NCBI GenBank assembly: GCA_019931245.1
Contig: JAINDL010000011.1
Span: 13,531-77,530 of the forward strand
Source of the DNA: Bryobacteraceae bacterium CoA2 C42
GTDB lineage: Bacteria > Acidobacteriota > Terriglobia > Bryobacterales > Bryobacteraceae
Reading direction: 5' to 3'
DNA: 64,000 nt
In this document: positions 38,593-47,826 of the stretch, piece by piece
Position numbering within the stretch: position 1 is the first letter of the stretch
Layout of the letters: each line of letters starts with the position of its first letter
Notes under the pieces: model-generated
The model's input: the letters and a program-made list of their open reading frames with translations, nothing else
Databases searched by the model: none
What the model was told of the DNA's origin: nothing
Program-made: the position numbers and the translations under genes

Positions 38593-39851
38593 TGACTCGA
38601 CTTTTCCTGGCGGCGGCCTTGGCCACCGCTACCCTGACTTATGCAGAAAACTTCGCCCTGCGGGGCGTTACCGTCCACCCGATCAGCGCGGCGGAGGTAC
38701 CGAATGCGGTGCTGGTGGTGACGGGAGACCGCATTGCCGGTTTAGGCGCGAAGTTCCCCATTCCGAAGGGACATAAGATCATCGACGCCAAGGGGCTGCA
38801 CGTCTACCCGGGGATGATCGATTCGGCCAGTGTGCTGGGGCTGAGTGAAATCGGCTCGGTGCGGGAGACGCAGGATATTGAAGAGCTGGGCGATTTCAAT
38901 CCGCAGCTGCGTACGATGATTGCCGTCAACCCGGGTAGCGAGCATATTCCGGTGAGCCGGGCGGGCGGGATTACGGCCAGCCTGGTGGTGCCGGCGGGGG
39001 GGGTTATCGGCGGGCAGGCAGCGATGATGCATCTGGACGGCTGGACCTGGGAGGAGATGACCGTAGCTCCTACGGCGGCGATGCAGATGCGGCTGCCATC
39101 GCAGGAGACGACCGTCACGGGCCGCGCCTTCGGAGTGGGGCGTCGGCCGTACACCGAGGTGCGCCGCCGCTATGAAGAGCAGATGCAGCAGGTCCGGCTG
39201 TTCTTTGAGCAGGCCCGGGCGTATCAGGCGCGGAAAGCCAATCCGGGGTTGGGCTTCAAACCGGATCTGCGGATGGAAGCCATGGTGCCGGTGCTGGCGG
39301 GCAAGACGCCGCTGATCATGCTGGCGCCGCGGGAGCGGGCGATTCGCGATGCGCTGGCCTTTGCCGAGCGGGAGAAGGTGCGGATCGTGCTGGCCGGGGT
39401 GCGCGAGGTGGATCCGTTCCTTGAAGAGATCGCCCGCAGGAAGATCCCCGTGGTTCTGCCGGACCTCTACCAGGTACCGCTCGAGGAGGACGCGAGCATT
39501 GATGACCCGCTCGATCTGCCCGCGCGGTTGGCCAAGGCGGGCATTGCGTTCGCCTTCGGCAGCTATGGCATCGAGCGTCCCCGGAATCTGCCCTTCCAGG
39601 CGGCCAACGCCGTGGGGCACGGGTTGCCGCACGAGGCGGCCATTCGGGCGCTGACGCTGGGCGCGGCTGAGATCTGGGGCCTGGCGGACCGGATGGGCTC
39701 GCTGGACCCGGGTAAATTCGCGGATCTGATCCTGACCGATGGGGATCCGCTCGAGCCGCGGACACAGATCCGGCAGATGTGGATACTGGGCAAGCCGGTC
39801 AGTCTCGATAATCGCCACACCCGACTCTATGAGCAGTACCGCAAGCGGTGA
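38589..39851 (+). CDS. Secreted amidohydrolase-family paralogue lacking the HxH metal motif
   Basis: Signal peptide MMTRLFLAAALATATLTYA. It reads VYPGMIDSASVLG in place of the HxH motif. C-terminal motif GSLDPGKFADL. TGATGA overlap with the upstream gene. Confidence 0.8.
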   Translation: MMTRLFLAAALATATLTYAENFALRGVTVHPISAAEVPNAVLVVTGDRIAGLGAKFPIPKGHKIIDAKGLHVYPGMIDSASVLGLSEIGSVRETQDIEELGDFNPQLRTMIAVNPGSEHIPVSRAGGITASLVVPAGGVIGGQAAMMHLDGWTWEEMTVAPTAAMQMRLPSQETTVTGRAFGVGRRPYTEVRRRYEEQMQQVRLFFEQARAYQARKANPGLGFKPDLRMEAMVPVLAGKTPLIMLAPRERAIRDALAFAEREKVRIVLAGVREVDPFLEEIARRKIPVVLPDLYQVPLEEDASIDDPLDLPARLAKAGIAFAFGSYGIERPRNLPFQAANAVGHGLPHEAAIRALTLGAAEIWGLADRMGSLDPGKFADLILTDGDPLEPRTQIRQMWILGKPVSLDNRHTRLYEQYRKR

Positions 39852-39905
39852 TGCGGCCGGGGGTGCCCCGCGTCAACCGGTTTGCGACAAAACAATTTCT
39901 TCCTC

Positions 39906-39934
39906 TTGCGTATTTTGCTTTCTAAGCCTAAGAT
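39906..39934 (+). promoter_or_regulatory. Candidate sigma-70-type promoter (TTGCGT-N17-TAAGAT) for the large signalling gene
   Basis: The -35-like TTGCGT (39906..39911) and -10-like TAAGAT (39929..39934) are separated by exactly 17 nt, inside the only AT-rich patch of this intergenic region. Promoter rules for this lineage are not well known. Confidence 0.35.
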
Positions 39935-39994
39935 ACGGTGAGTCCTAGTTTGACACCTGTAAACTTGGTTGGTGAACCGCTGGAGGCGCCCGTC

Positions 39995-42900
39995 ATGGCT
40001 CCCTCCAGTTCAGACCCGACGTCGTCTGCAACTACCCCATTTCAAATTGTAGCGGTTGGGAGTTCTGCCGGTGGATTAGAAGCGCTGCGTCTGTTGCTGC
40101 GCGGTTTGCCGCCGATACAGGACACCTGCTTCGTAATAGCACAACACCTGTCGCCGCATCACGTCAGTCTGCTGACGACCCTGTTGGCGAGAGAGACTAC
40201 GCTGCCTGTGGTACAGGTGGACAACCGCGCCGAGGTGCTGGGTGGTGTGATCTACGTAACGCCGCCGGGACGCAACATCATATACGAGCAGAATCGCTTC
40301 ATCTTGCAGCCAACGATGGAGCGCGGACCGAAGCCTTCGATTGACACGCTGTTGTTCTCGCTGGCGGCCAACGTGCCCACGCGTTCGGTGGCGGTAATTC
40401 TGTCGGGCAGCGGATCGGATGGCAGCCTGGGCTGCCGGCAGTTGAAGTCGGCGGGCGGCGCGGTGATTGTGCAGGATCCCAAGACCGCCAAGTACTCGTC
40501 GATGCCGCAGGCGGCTTTATCGGCGACCACCGTCGATTCCGTGCTGCTGGCCGACCAGATCGGCTCCTATCTTAATCAGCGGGGCCAAACGGCCATGGCG
40601 AGCCCCACGCCCCACACCCGTTCGGAATTCGATCAAATTCTTGAGCGGATCAATCTGTCGACCAACATCGATTTCCGCGGTTATAAGCCGAACACGATCA
40701 CGCGCCGGATTCAGCAGCGCCTGGTGGACACGCGCTGCTCCTCCTACGCCGCCTATCTCCGGTATCTCGACGAAAACCACGAAGAGATCCAGCAGTTGGC
40801 GCACAACTGCCTGATCTCGGTAACCACATTCTTCCGGGACTCGCTGGCCTTTGACAGCCTGCTGGCGGCGGTCAAGGAGCGGTACAAGCAGATGGTGCCC
40901 GACCCGTTCCGCGTCTGGGTGCCGGGTTGCGCCACGGGCGAAGAGGCCTATACGCTGGCCATTGCGCTTACGCACGCCCTGCCGCATCGTCGCGTGCAGA
41001 TCTTCGCCACCGACCTTGACGAGGCCGCCATTGCGTTTGGCCGCAAGGCGATTTATGCTGCTCCCTCGATGAAGGAAGTACCGCTGGAGTTCAGCGCTCA
41101 GCACTTCATCGAATCGGCGCACGGCTTTCAGGTGGACCGGCGGATTCGCGAAAAGGTCGTCTTCGCGCGGCACGACCTGCTGCGGGACCCGCTTTTTCTG
41201 AATATTGATCTGGTTTCTTGCCGCAATCTTCTGATCTACCTGCAGCCGCATCTGCAGGAAGAAGTTATCCGGAAGTTTCACCACGCGCTGAACCCCGGCG
41301 GACTGCTGTTTCTGGGCCGCAGCGAAAACATTCAATCGGAGGCGTTTGAAATCGTCGACCGGCGCTGGCGGATCTTTGTCAACGGGCCCATGGCGGAGTT
41401 GGAGCGGCGGTTGCCGGTCACGCGCGACTGGGGCGGAACGGATCGTGTCGCCACCGCGGCGGGCCCGGCTGAAGCCACCGGCAGCGCCCAGTTGCGGCAG
41501 ATCCTCATCGATAACTTCGCGCCCGGGGCCGTGCTGATTGATGAGACCTTCCGGATTCTCGAATCCTTCGGCGGCGTCAATCGTTACCTCTCGGTGCCGG
41601 AAGGCAAAGTGACGCTTGCCTTGCCGAACATGCTGCCGAAGGCCGTGGGTGCGGCCCTGCGGCCTTTGCTGCAGCGGGCGGCGCGCAGCGGCAACACGCT
41701 GCGGTCCACCAGCCGTCCTTTTGAGATCGCCGGTAAACTGGGCCGGCTGGAAACCACCGTTGTGCCCATGCGGCCGGTGGGCGCGAGCCGCCATTTCGTG
41801 GTGGCCTTCCGGGAGTTGCCCGCGCTCGTCAAGTCCCGGGAGGTTACAAACGAACCTGCCGCGGACAGCGAGAGTCAGGTTCGGGAGCTTGAACAGGAGC
41901 TGCAGGCCACGCGCGAGAGTCTGCAGGCAACCGTCGAGGAGCTCGAAACTTCGAACGAAGAGCTGCAGGCTCTCAACGAGGAGATGCAGGCTTCCAACGA
42001 AGAGCTGCAGGCGACCAACGAGGAGTTGCATGCTTCGAACGAGGAGTTGCAGGCGACCAACGAAGAGCTGCTGACCGTAAACGAGGAGTTGGAGCAGAAG
42101 TCGCTCGAACTTGCCTTTTTGATTGAAGATCTCGAAAACATCGAGAACAGCATTGACTCGCCCTTGCTGGTGGCTGATTCGCGCGGACTGCTCCGGCACA
42201 TGAACGAAGACGCCCGCCGGCTGCTGGGGCTCACGGTTGATCAACTCGGCGGACCGGTGATCATTCCGAACGACGCCGGCTTTGCCGCGCAGTTGGCCGC
42301 GCGGATTCAGTCCGTGATCAGCTCCGGCCAAAGCTCCGAGATCCGGCAGGAACTCAACTCCTGCCACTACCGGGTTCGTCTGCGCCCTTACCAGGGCCGG
42401 CACAAGGCGCATGCGGGCGTAGTGATTGTCTTCCACGACGTTACCTCGCTCGTCAAGATCAACGGCCGCCTGCGGCGCTCCGAGAGCCGTCTGCGCGGCA
42501 CCACCGAATGGCGGCAGGCAACCTTCAACGCTGTTCCGACAGAGTTGGCGGTCCTCGACGCCCACGGCAAGATCATCGAAGTGAACGATGCTTGGCGGCG
42601 CTTTGCCGAGCAGAATCAACTCTCGTCGAGCAAGGGCGGCGTCGAACTGAACTACCTCGATATCTGCGAGCAATCTGCCAAACGCGGGGTCCTCGATGCG
42701 GCCCGCGTGGCGGAAGGATTGCGGCGCGTGCTGCTGGGCAGCGAACCGCACTTTTCGATGTACTATCGCTGCCCTTCGCCGCAGGAGATGCGCTGGTTTC
42801 TGTGCGTGATCAGTCCGCTGGGCAACAAGCGCCCGGGCGGCGCGCTGGTGACCCACCTCGATGTCAGCGAACATCTGGAGCGCGACGGGCACCTGATCCG

Positions 42901-44572
42901 CCAGCTCTCCGTTCTCGAAGCCACGCCCAGCGCTATGTTTGTGGTGGACTCCGATGGGCGGTTTGACTGGGCCAATAATGCCTACTTGCATCTGACCGGC
43001 TACACGCTCACCGAACTGGTTCAGCAGCCGGCCAGCAATCTCGAGGCTCCCGGCAATACCGTCTCTATTACATCGTGCCTCGGCAAGGCGAGGCTGACCG
43101 GCGAATCGATCCCCGCCGAAGTTACCCTGCGGTCGAGAAACGGCCGCACCTTTGTGGCGCAGCAAACGCTGACCCCAATCCCGGTGCACACCGGCGACTC
43201 GACGCATTTCCTGGTTACGCTGGTCGACATCACGGAGCAGAAAGTCGCCCAGAACCAGATGCTCTACATCGCCGGCCACGATGAACTCACCGGGCTGCTG
43301 AACCGCAAGAGCTTCCTCGCCAAGCTCGATCAGGCCATTGTGCGCCAGGCTTCGGCCGATGGTTCGGTGGCGCTATTGTTCATGGACCTCGACCGGTTTA
43401 AAGATACCAACGACGCCTTCGGACATCTGGTGGGCGATCAGATTCTGATCGAGGCCGCGCAGCGCTTCCGGCAGGCCGCCAATGGCGTCAGCGCACTGGC
43501 GCGCTTTGGCGGCGACGAGTTCGTGCTCTTCGTCGAACCACCGCTGGCAGCTGAGGCCGAAGTGCTGATCGAGCAGATCCTGTTGAGCTTCTCGCGTCCC
43601 TTTGTCCTCGACGGGCGTCCGCTGCAGGTGACCCTGTCGATTGGCGTGGCGGTGTTCCCGAACGATGCCCAGTCCGGCGCTGAACTGCTGCGCAACGCCG
43701 ATCTTGCCATGTACCGCGCCAAGGCCGACGGGCGGCGCGGGTTCCGCCGGTTCGACCAGCGACTCGAGGCTGAAATCCGCGATCGGGTGCTCATTCAGCG
43801 GGATCTTGCGCGGGCGATTTCGCTCGAGGATCTCTCGATTGCCCTGCAGCCACAGGTGGATCTGCAGTCAGGCGCCATCATCGGCGCCGAGGCGCTGCTG
43901 CGCTGGCGGCACAAGCTGGGCCTGGATATTCCGATCTCAAAGGTCATTTCGATTGCCGAGGAATGCGGACTGATTCTGTCGATCGGACAGTGGGTAATCC
44001 GGGAGTCGGTGGCCGAACTGCAGCGCTGGCGGAGTTCCGGCTTTGACCTGCATCTGAGCGTTAACCTTTCGCCGGTCCAATTCCACCAGCAGGACGTTTT
44101 CGCGATCCTGATGGAGAATCTCCAGAACTGCGGGGTGCCGCCCCGTTGCCTCAAAGTGGAGATCACCGAGACCGTGCTGCTCCACCGCTCGGCGCGGGTC
44201 CGCGAGGTTCTTCATGCTCTGCACGGAGCCGGGGTGGGAATCCACCTCGATGACTTCGGCACCGGCTACTCCTCGCTCAGCTACCTGCAGCATTTCCCGA
44301 TCGAAGTCGTGAAAATCGACTCTTCGTTTCTGGCCGGCGTCGGCCAGGACCGCCACAACGAAGCCATCGTGGACGGCATCATCAAACTGGCGCATTCGCT
44401 GGGCATCCGGGTCATCGCCGAGGGCGTCGAAAACCCGACCCAGGTTGATTTCCTAAACCAGGCCGCCTGCGATGCCGTGCAGGGTTACTTCTACAGTCCG
44501 CCGCTGCCGCCCGGGGAGTTTCTCGATTTTCTGGCCGCGTATTCGCTCCGCGCGCAAACCGTGACCGCTTGA
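39995..44572 (+). CDS. Multidomain signalling protein: CheB methylesterase - CheR methyltransferase - coiled coil - PAS modules - GGDEF - EAL
   Basis: CheB catalytic domain ([32 protein letters not shown]) with no receiver domain. CheR domain ([35 protein letters not shown]). Heptad array NEELQA x7. PAS-like modules. GGDEF (RFGGDEF at 43508..43522). EAL (EAL at 43889..43897, [19 protein letters not shown]). I prefer the start at ATG 39995, which has GGAGG 8 nt upstream; the tracked GTG 39938 is the alternative. Confidence 0.9.
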   Translation: MAPSSSDPTSSATTPFQIVAVGSSAGGLEALRLLLRGLPPIQDTCFVIAQHLSPHHVSLLTTLLARETTLPVVQVDNRAEVLGGVIYVTPPGRNIIYEQNRFILQPTMERGPKPSIDTLLFSLAANVPTRSVAVILSGSGSDGSLGCRQLKSAGGAVIVQDPKTAKYSSMPQAALSATTVDSVLLADQIGSYLNQRGQTAMASPTPHTRSEFDQILERINLSTNIDFRGYKPNTITRRIQQRLVDTRCSSYAAYLRYLDENHEEIQQLAHNCLISVTTFFRDSLAFDSLLAAVKERYKQMVPDPFRVWVPGCATGEEAYTLAIALTHALPHRRVQIFATDLDEAAIAFGRKAIYAAPSMKEVPLEFSAQHFIESAHGFQVDRRIREKVVFARHDLLRDPLFLNIDLVSCRNLLIYLQPHLQEEVIRKFHHALNPGGLLFLGRSENIQSEAFEIVDRRWRIFVNGPMAELERRLPVTRDWGGTDRVATAAGPAEATGSAQLRQILIDNFAPGAVLIDETFRILESFGGVNRYLSVPEGKVTLALPNMLPKAVGAALRPLLQRAARSGNTLRSTSRPFEIAGKLGRLETTVVPMRPVGASRHFVVAFRELPALVKSREVTNEPAADSESQVRELEQELQATRESLQATVEELETSNEELQALNEEMQASNEELQATNEELHASNEELQATNEELLTVNEELEQKSLELAFLIEDLENIENSIDSPLLVADSRGLLRHMNEDARRLLGLTVDQLGGPVIIPNDAGFAAQLAARIQSVISSGQSSEIRQELNSCHYRVRLRPYQGRHKAHAGVVIVFHDVTSLVKINGRLRRSESRLRGTTEWRQATFNAVPTELAVLDAHGKIIEVNDAWRRFAEQNQLSSSKGGVELNYLDICEQSAKRGVLDAARVAEGLRRVLLGSEPHFSMYYRCPSPQEMRWFLCVISPLGNKRPGGALVTHLDVSEHLERDGHLIRQLSVLEATPSAMFVVDSDGRFDWANNAYLHLTGYTLTELVQQPASNLEAPGNTVSITSCLGKARLTGESIPAEVTLRSRNGRTFVAQQTLTPIPVHTGDSTHFLVTLVDITEQKVAQNQMLYIAGHDELTGLLNRKSFLAKLDQAIVRQASADGSVALLFMDLDRFKDTNDAFGHLVGDQILIEAAQRFRQAANGVSALARFGGDEFVLFVEPPLAAEAEVLIEQILLSFSRPFVLDGRPLQVTLSIGVAVFPNDAQSGAELLRNADLAMYRAKADGRRGFRRFDQRLEAEIRDRVLIQRDLARAISLEDLSIALQPQVDLQSGAIIGAEALLRWRHKLGLDIPISKVISIAEECGLILSIGQWVIRESVAELQRWRSSGFDLHLSVNLSPVQFHQQDVFAILMENLQNCGVPPRCLKVEITETVLLHRSARVREVLHALHGAGVGIHLDDFGTGYSSLSYLQHFPIEVVKIDSSFLAGVGQDRHNEAIVDGIIKLAHSLGIRVIAEGVENPTQVDFLNQAACDAVQGYFYSPPLPPGEFLDFLAAYSLRAQTVTA
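41930..42097 (+). repeat. In-frame 21-bp periodic repeat (about 8 units) encoding heptads x-N-E-E-L-Q-A
   Basis: Seven clear units from 41951 (tcgaacgaagagctgcaggct, ctcaacgaggagatgcaggct, tccaacgaagagctgcaggcg, accaacgaggagttgcatgct, tcgaacgaggagttgcaggcg, accaacgaagagctgctgacc, gtaaacgaggagttggagcag) plus one degenerate unit before them. The repeat lies inside the large signalling gene. Confidence 0.9.
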
Positions 44573-44606
44573 AACGTTGGCGCCGGGGCCGGACAGGGTC
44601 TGCGCT

Positions 44607-44627
44607 GGGGGCTGGATGGCCCCCTTT
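44607..44627 (+). terminator. Possible weak intrinsic terminator after the signalling gene
   Basis: GGGGGC (44607..44612) pairs with GCCCCC (44619..44624) across a 6-nt loop and is followed by TTT. The U-tract is short. Confidence 0.3.
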
Positions 44628-44671
44628 ACCTCGGGGTTCAACTTTGATATTTTCTCGACTGGAGGTGTTCC

Positions 44672-46444
44672 ATGAGGCCTTTATGGATACTGCTTGTACT
44701 TCTCCCGCTGTCCCTGTTGTTCGGGCAGAGGCCGGCGGCATCGGACGCGCATGCTCCGCTGTTCCGGCAGAAGGCTAACACCGTAAGTCAGGATAGCGCC
44801 CGCCTCACCGCCCACCTGCCGAAACCGGCCCCCGGCCGGGTGGCCATCCAGGGCTTCATCGACGACGAGATCTTTGGCAAGATGAAGCGGGATCAGATTC
44901 CCCACGCTCCGCTGGCAACCGATCTCGAGTTCCTCCGCCGCGTCCGCCTCGACCTCACCGGCAAGATTCCCACCGCGACCGAAGTCCGCGAGTTTCTCTC
45001 GAGCCGCGCTCCGGATAAGCGCGCCCGCCTAATCGATCAGCTAATCGGTTCTCCCGAGTTTGTCGATAAATGGGCCTACTTCTTCATGGATGTCCTCCGC
45101 GCCAACGGCAAGATGGGCCGCGGACACAAACTCTTCCACTACGCCCTCAAAGAGAGCCTCGCCGCCGACCGGCCTTATGATGATTGGGTCCGTTCGCTCA
45201 TCGCCGCATCGGCCAAAAGCAACTATGTCGTCTCGGCGGTCAATCCCATCGTGCGCGAGCACGTCGAAGGCAAACCCGGCGAAGCCGCCCACGGCGACGA
45301 TCTGTCCAAGGTCAACCAGCTTGACACCCACGACGAGTTGACCATTCTCTACGGCAAGGTCTTCCTCGGCATCAACCTCTCCTGCGTGTCCTGCCACAAT
45401 GGACGCGGACATCTCGAGAAGGTGAACGCGCACCTTACTACGCTCCGCCGGTCGGACTTCTTCCAGATGTCCGCCTTCCTGGGCGGCACGCGCTACATTC
45501 CCCACGTTGAAAAATCGGCCGCCGTCATGGGCCACTTCCTCGTCGATGACTTCGGCGGGCCCTACAACACCAAGGCCGAAAGCATGCTCCGCACCAAGCG
45601 TTCCGGCGGCCCCAACACCCCGAAGTTTGTGCTCACCAACGCCGTGGTCCCGCCCGAAGCCGAGCCCCGCGCGGAACTGGGCCGCATGCTCACCAGACAT
45701 CCGCAGTTCGCCCGCGCCACCGTGAATATGTTCTGGGCCAAGCTGATGGGCATTGGCATTGTCGATCCCTACGACGAGTTCGACCTGCTCCGCCTCGACC
45801 CCAACAACCTGCCCAAAGGCTGGGACCTGCAGCCTTCGCACCCGGCCCTGCTCGAGAAGCTGGCTGCCTCCTTCCGCGAGAGCAATCACAGCATCCAAAG
45901 CCTGTTCCGGCTCATCTGCAACTCCTCGGCCTACCAGCTGTCCGCCCGCTTCCCGGGGGAATGGCAGGAGTCCTACGCCCGCTACTACGCCCGCAAGTAC
46001 GTCCGCATGCTGACGGCTGAAGAGCTGCACGACGCCATTGCCGATGCCACCACGCGGCCCGGCGCTTTCGTCGCCATGCAGGTCTCGGTGCCGCAGGCCA
46101 AGGGCGAGTTGAAGTCTTTTATGTCCGCCTTTGGCGAGTCGAACCGCGGCGGCCCGCCCCGCACCCCGGCCCCCTCGCCGCTGCAGCCGATTACGATGAT
46201 GCGCTCGCCCGTGGTCAATGACCGCGTGCTGGCCGCCAAGGATAGCCGCGTGCAGCGTCTGCTCGACACCTATCCGGACAACGCCAAAGTCGTCGACGAG
46301 CTGTTCCTCGCCACCATCTCCCGTCTTCCGCTGCCGGCTGAACGGGCCGTCGCGGTGGATGCGCTCAAGGCCAATCGTGTCGAAGGCGCCCAGAACCTGC
46401 AATGGGCGCTTCTGAACCTCGTCGAGTTCCTCTATAACTTATGA
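44672..46444 (+). CDS. DUF1549/DUF1553-type secreted protein with a CxxCH motif
   Basis: Signal peptide MRPLWILLVLLPLSLLFG. DUF1549-like stretch EFLRRVRLDLTGKIPTATEVREFL. LSCVSCHNGRGH. DUF1553-like C-terminal half. GGAGG lies 7 nt before the ATG. Confidence 0.85.
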   Translation: MRPLWILLVLLPLSLLFGQRPAASDAHAPLFRQKANTVSQDSARLTAHLPKPAPGRVAIQGFIDDEIFGKMKRDQIPHAPLATDLEFLRRVRLDLTGKIPTATEVREFLSSRAPDKRARLIDQLIGSPEFVDKWAYFFMDVLRANGKMGRGHKLFHYALKESLAADRPYDDWVRSLIAASAKSNYVVSAVNPIVREHVEGKPGEAAHGDDLSKVNQLDTHDELTILYGKVFLGINLSCVSCHNGRGHLEKVNAHLTTLRRSDFFQMSAFLGGTRYIPHVEKSAAVMGHFLVDDFGGPYNTKAESMLRTKRSGGPNTPKFVLTNAVVPPEAEPRAELGRMLTRHPQFARATVNMFWAKLMGIGIVDPYDEFDLLRLDPNNLPKGWDLQPSHPALLEKLAASFRESNHSIQSLFRLICNSSAYQLSARFPGEWQESYARYYARKYVRMLTAEELHDAIADATTRPGAFVAMQVSVPQAKGELKSFMSAFGESNRGGPPRTPAPSPLQPITMMRSPVVNDRVLAAKDSRVQRLLDTYPDNAKVVDELFLATISRLPLPAERAVAVDALKANRVEGAQNLQWALLNLVEFLYNL

Positions 46445-47826
46445 AGATCCAGGACCTGCTCCCCACACGCCGCGAACTCCTGCGCTTTGGCGGTCTCGGC
46501 ATCCTCGGCGCCTCGGCCACGCCCCGTGTACTGCGCGCCAACTCCACCGCGAAGAACAAGCCACGGGGCCACGCCCGAAACGTCATCTTCTTTGAGCTGG
46601 CCGGAGCGCTGAGCCACGTCGATTCGTTCGACTTCAAAGAGAATCCGTCCACCCTCCCCGGCTTCGATGTCCGCAAGGCCTCGAATGGCATCTACGTCCC
46701 CTACGGCCTGTTCCCGCGCATGTTTCATGTGATGGACAAGGTGGCCCACGTCCGCTCCTTCGTCAGCCACGAAGAGGTGCACCTGCGCGGCCAGTACTAC
46801 ATCCAGGCCGGCCGCCAGCTCAACGTCGCCTTCGCGCCGGAGATCCCCTCGATCGGCTCGGTCGTCGCCAGCGAACTCGAACCGCAGCGGCGCCCGAACG
46901 ACACCTTCCCCACCTACGTCTCCTTTAACCTGACCACGAATCAGGTCGGGGCTCTTTCCACCGGCTTCCTGCCGCCGCGCCACGCCGTCTTTGACCTCAA
47001 TCCGGAAGAAGCCCTCTCCGGCATGCGCCTCGATCAGAAGGCCACCGAACTGCTCGAAGAGCGCTGGCGGCTGCTATCGAAACTCCGCCAGGCGCAGGGC
47101 CAGCGTCAGGTCGGCCTCGACAAGTCCATCAACGGCTTTGAAGACTTCTCCCAAACCGCCAAGCACCTGCTCTCCGACGGCCGCTGGCCCAAGGCCTTTG
47201 ATATTCCGGAGGCCGACCGTAAACGCTACGGCAACACCTCCGTGGGTCTATCCGCCATCCTCACCCGGAACCTGCTCCAGCAGGACGGCGGCACCCGCTA
47301 CATCCACATCTGCCATGACGGATGGGACCACCACAAAGAGATCTGGACCAAAACGGCCGCAACCAATCACTACAAGCTGATCGCGGAGATGGATCCGGCC
47401 CTCGCCAGTCTGATTGAGGATCTCGCCGTCGCCAAGTCCCCCGTGCATCCCGGCAAAACCCTGCTCGACGATACGCTCGTTGTCTGCATGGGGGAGTTCG
47501 GCCGCACCCCGGGCCCGCTCAACTTCCAGCATGGCCGCGACCACCACAAACACTGCTTCCCGGCGATGTTCGCCGGCGCCGGCGTCAAGGGCGGCCGCGT
47601 CCTCGGCGCGAGCGACGCCGATGGCGTCAAGTGCATCGACACCGGTTGGGAGCACTCCATGCAGCCGCGCATTGAAAACGTGGTGGCCACCATCTATTCC
47701 GCCCTCGGCATCGATTGGTCGAAGGAAGTCCACCACACCACCTCCGGCCGCGCCTACGTCTACGTCGATCCGCTTGGCGCCAACTCGCTGATTCCGACCG
47801 ACGAACTCAAAAACATCTATGCCTAG
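46441..47826 (+). CDS. DUF1501-type (sulfatase/alkaline-phosphatase-fold) protein with Tat leader
   Basis: Leader TRRELLRFGGLGILGASATP. Hallmarks NVIFFELAGALSHVDSFDFKENP and MGEFGRTPGPLNFQHGRDHH. ATGA overlap with the upstream DUF1553-type gene, its usual partner. Confidence 0.88.
   Translation: MKIQDLLPTRRELLRFGGLGILGASATPRVLRANSTAKNKPRGHARNVIFFELAGALSHVDSFDFKENPSTLPGFDVRKASNGIYVPYGLFPRMFHVMDKVAHVRSFVSHEEVHLRGQYYIQAGRQLNVAFAPEIPSIGSVVASELEPQRRPNDTFPTYVSFNLTTNQVGALSTGFLPPRHAVFDLNPEEALSGMRLDQKATELLEERWRLLSKLRQAQGQRQVGLDKSINGFEDFSQTAKHLLSDGRWPKAFDIPEADRKRYGNTSVGLSAILTRNLLQQDGGTRYIHICHDGWDHHKEIWTKTAATNHYKLIAEMDPALASLIEDLAVAKSPVHPGKTLLDDTLVVCMGEFGRTPGPLNFQHGRDHHKHCFPAMFAGAGVKGGRVLGASDADGVKCIDTGWEHSMQPRIENVVATIYSALGIDWSKEVHHTTSGRAYVYVDPLGANSLIPTDELKNIYA

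Noticed and set aside
39852-39880. Short GC hairpin (CGGGG-GTG-CCCCG) after the third amidohydrolase gene, considered as a terminator.
   Set aside because: It has only a 5-bp stem with a 3-nt loop and no downstream T-tract, which is not distinguishable from background in GC-rich DNA.
40517-43279. 920-aa minus-strand ORF antisense to the CheB-CheR-PAS-GGDEF-EAL gene.
   Set aside because: The plus-strand frame carries multiple unambiguous domain motifs. The antisense product is Arg/Gln/Leu-rich with no motif, a typical stop-codon-poor shadow ORF.
45041-46402. Other long shadow ORFs:
- 45041..46402, minus strand
- 51308..52927, plus strand
- 60878..62167, plus strand
- 34629..35987, minus strand
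- 4512..5624, plus strand
- 21177..22457, plus strand
- 38742..39818, minus strand
- 62561..63547, plus strand
   Set aside because: Each lies opposite to, or out of frame with, a gene that has recognisable family motifs. All show skewed Arg/Pro/Gly/Ala composition.
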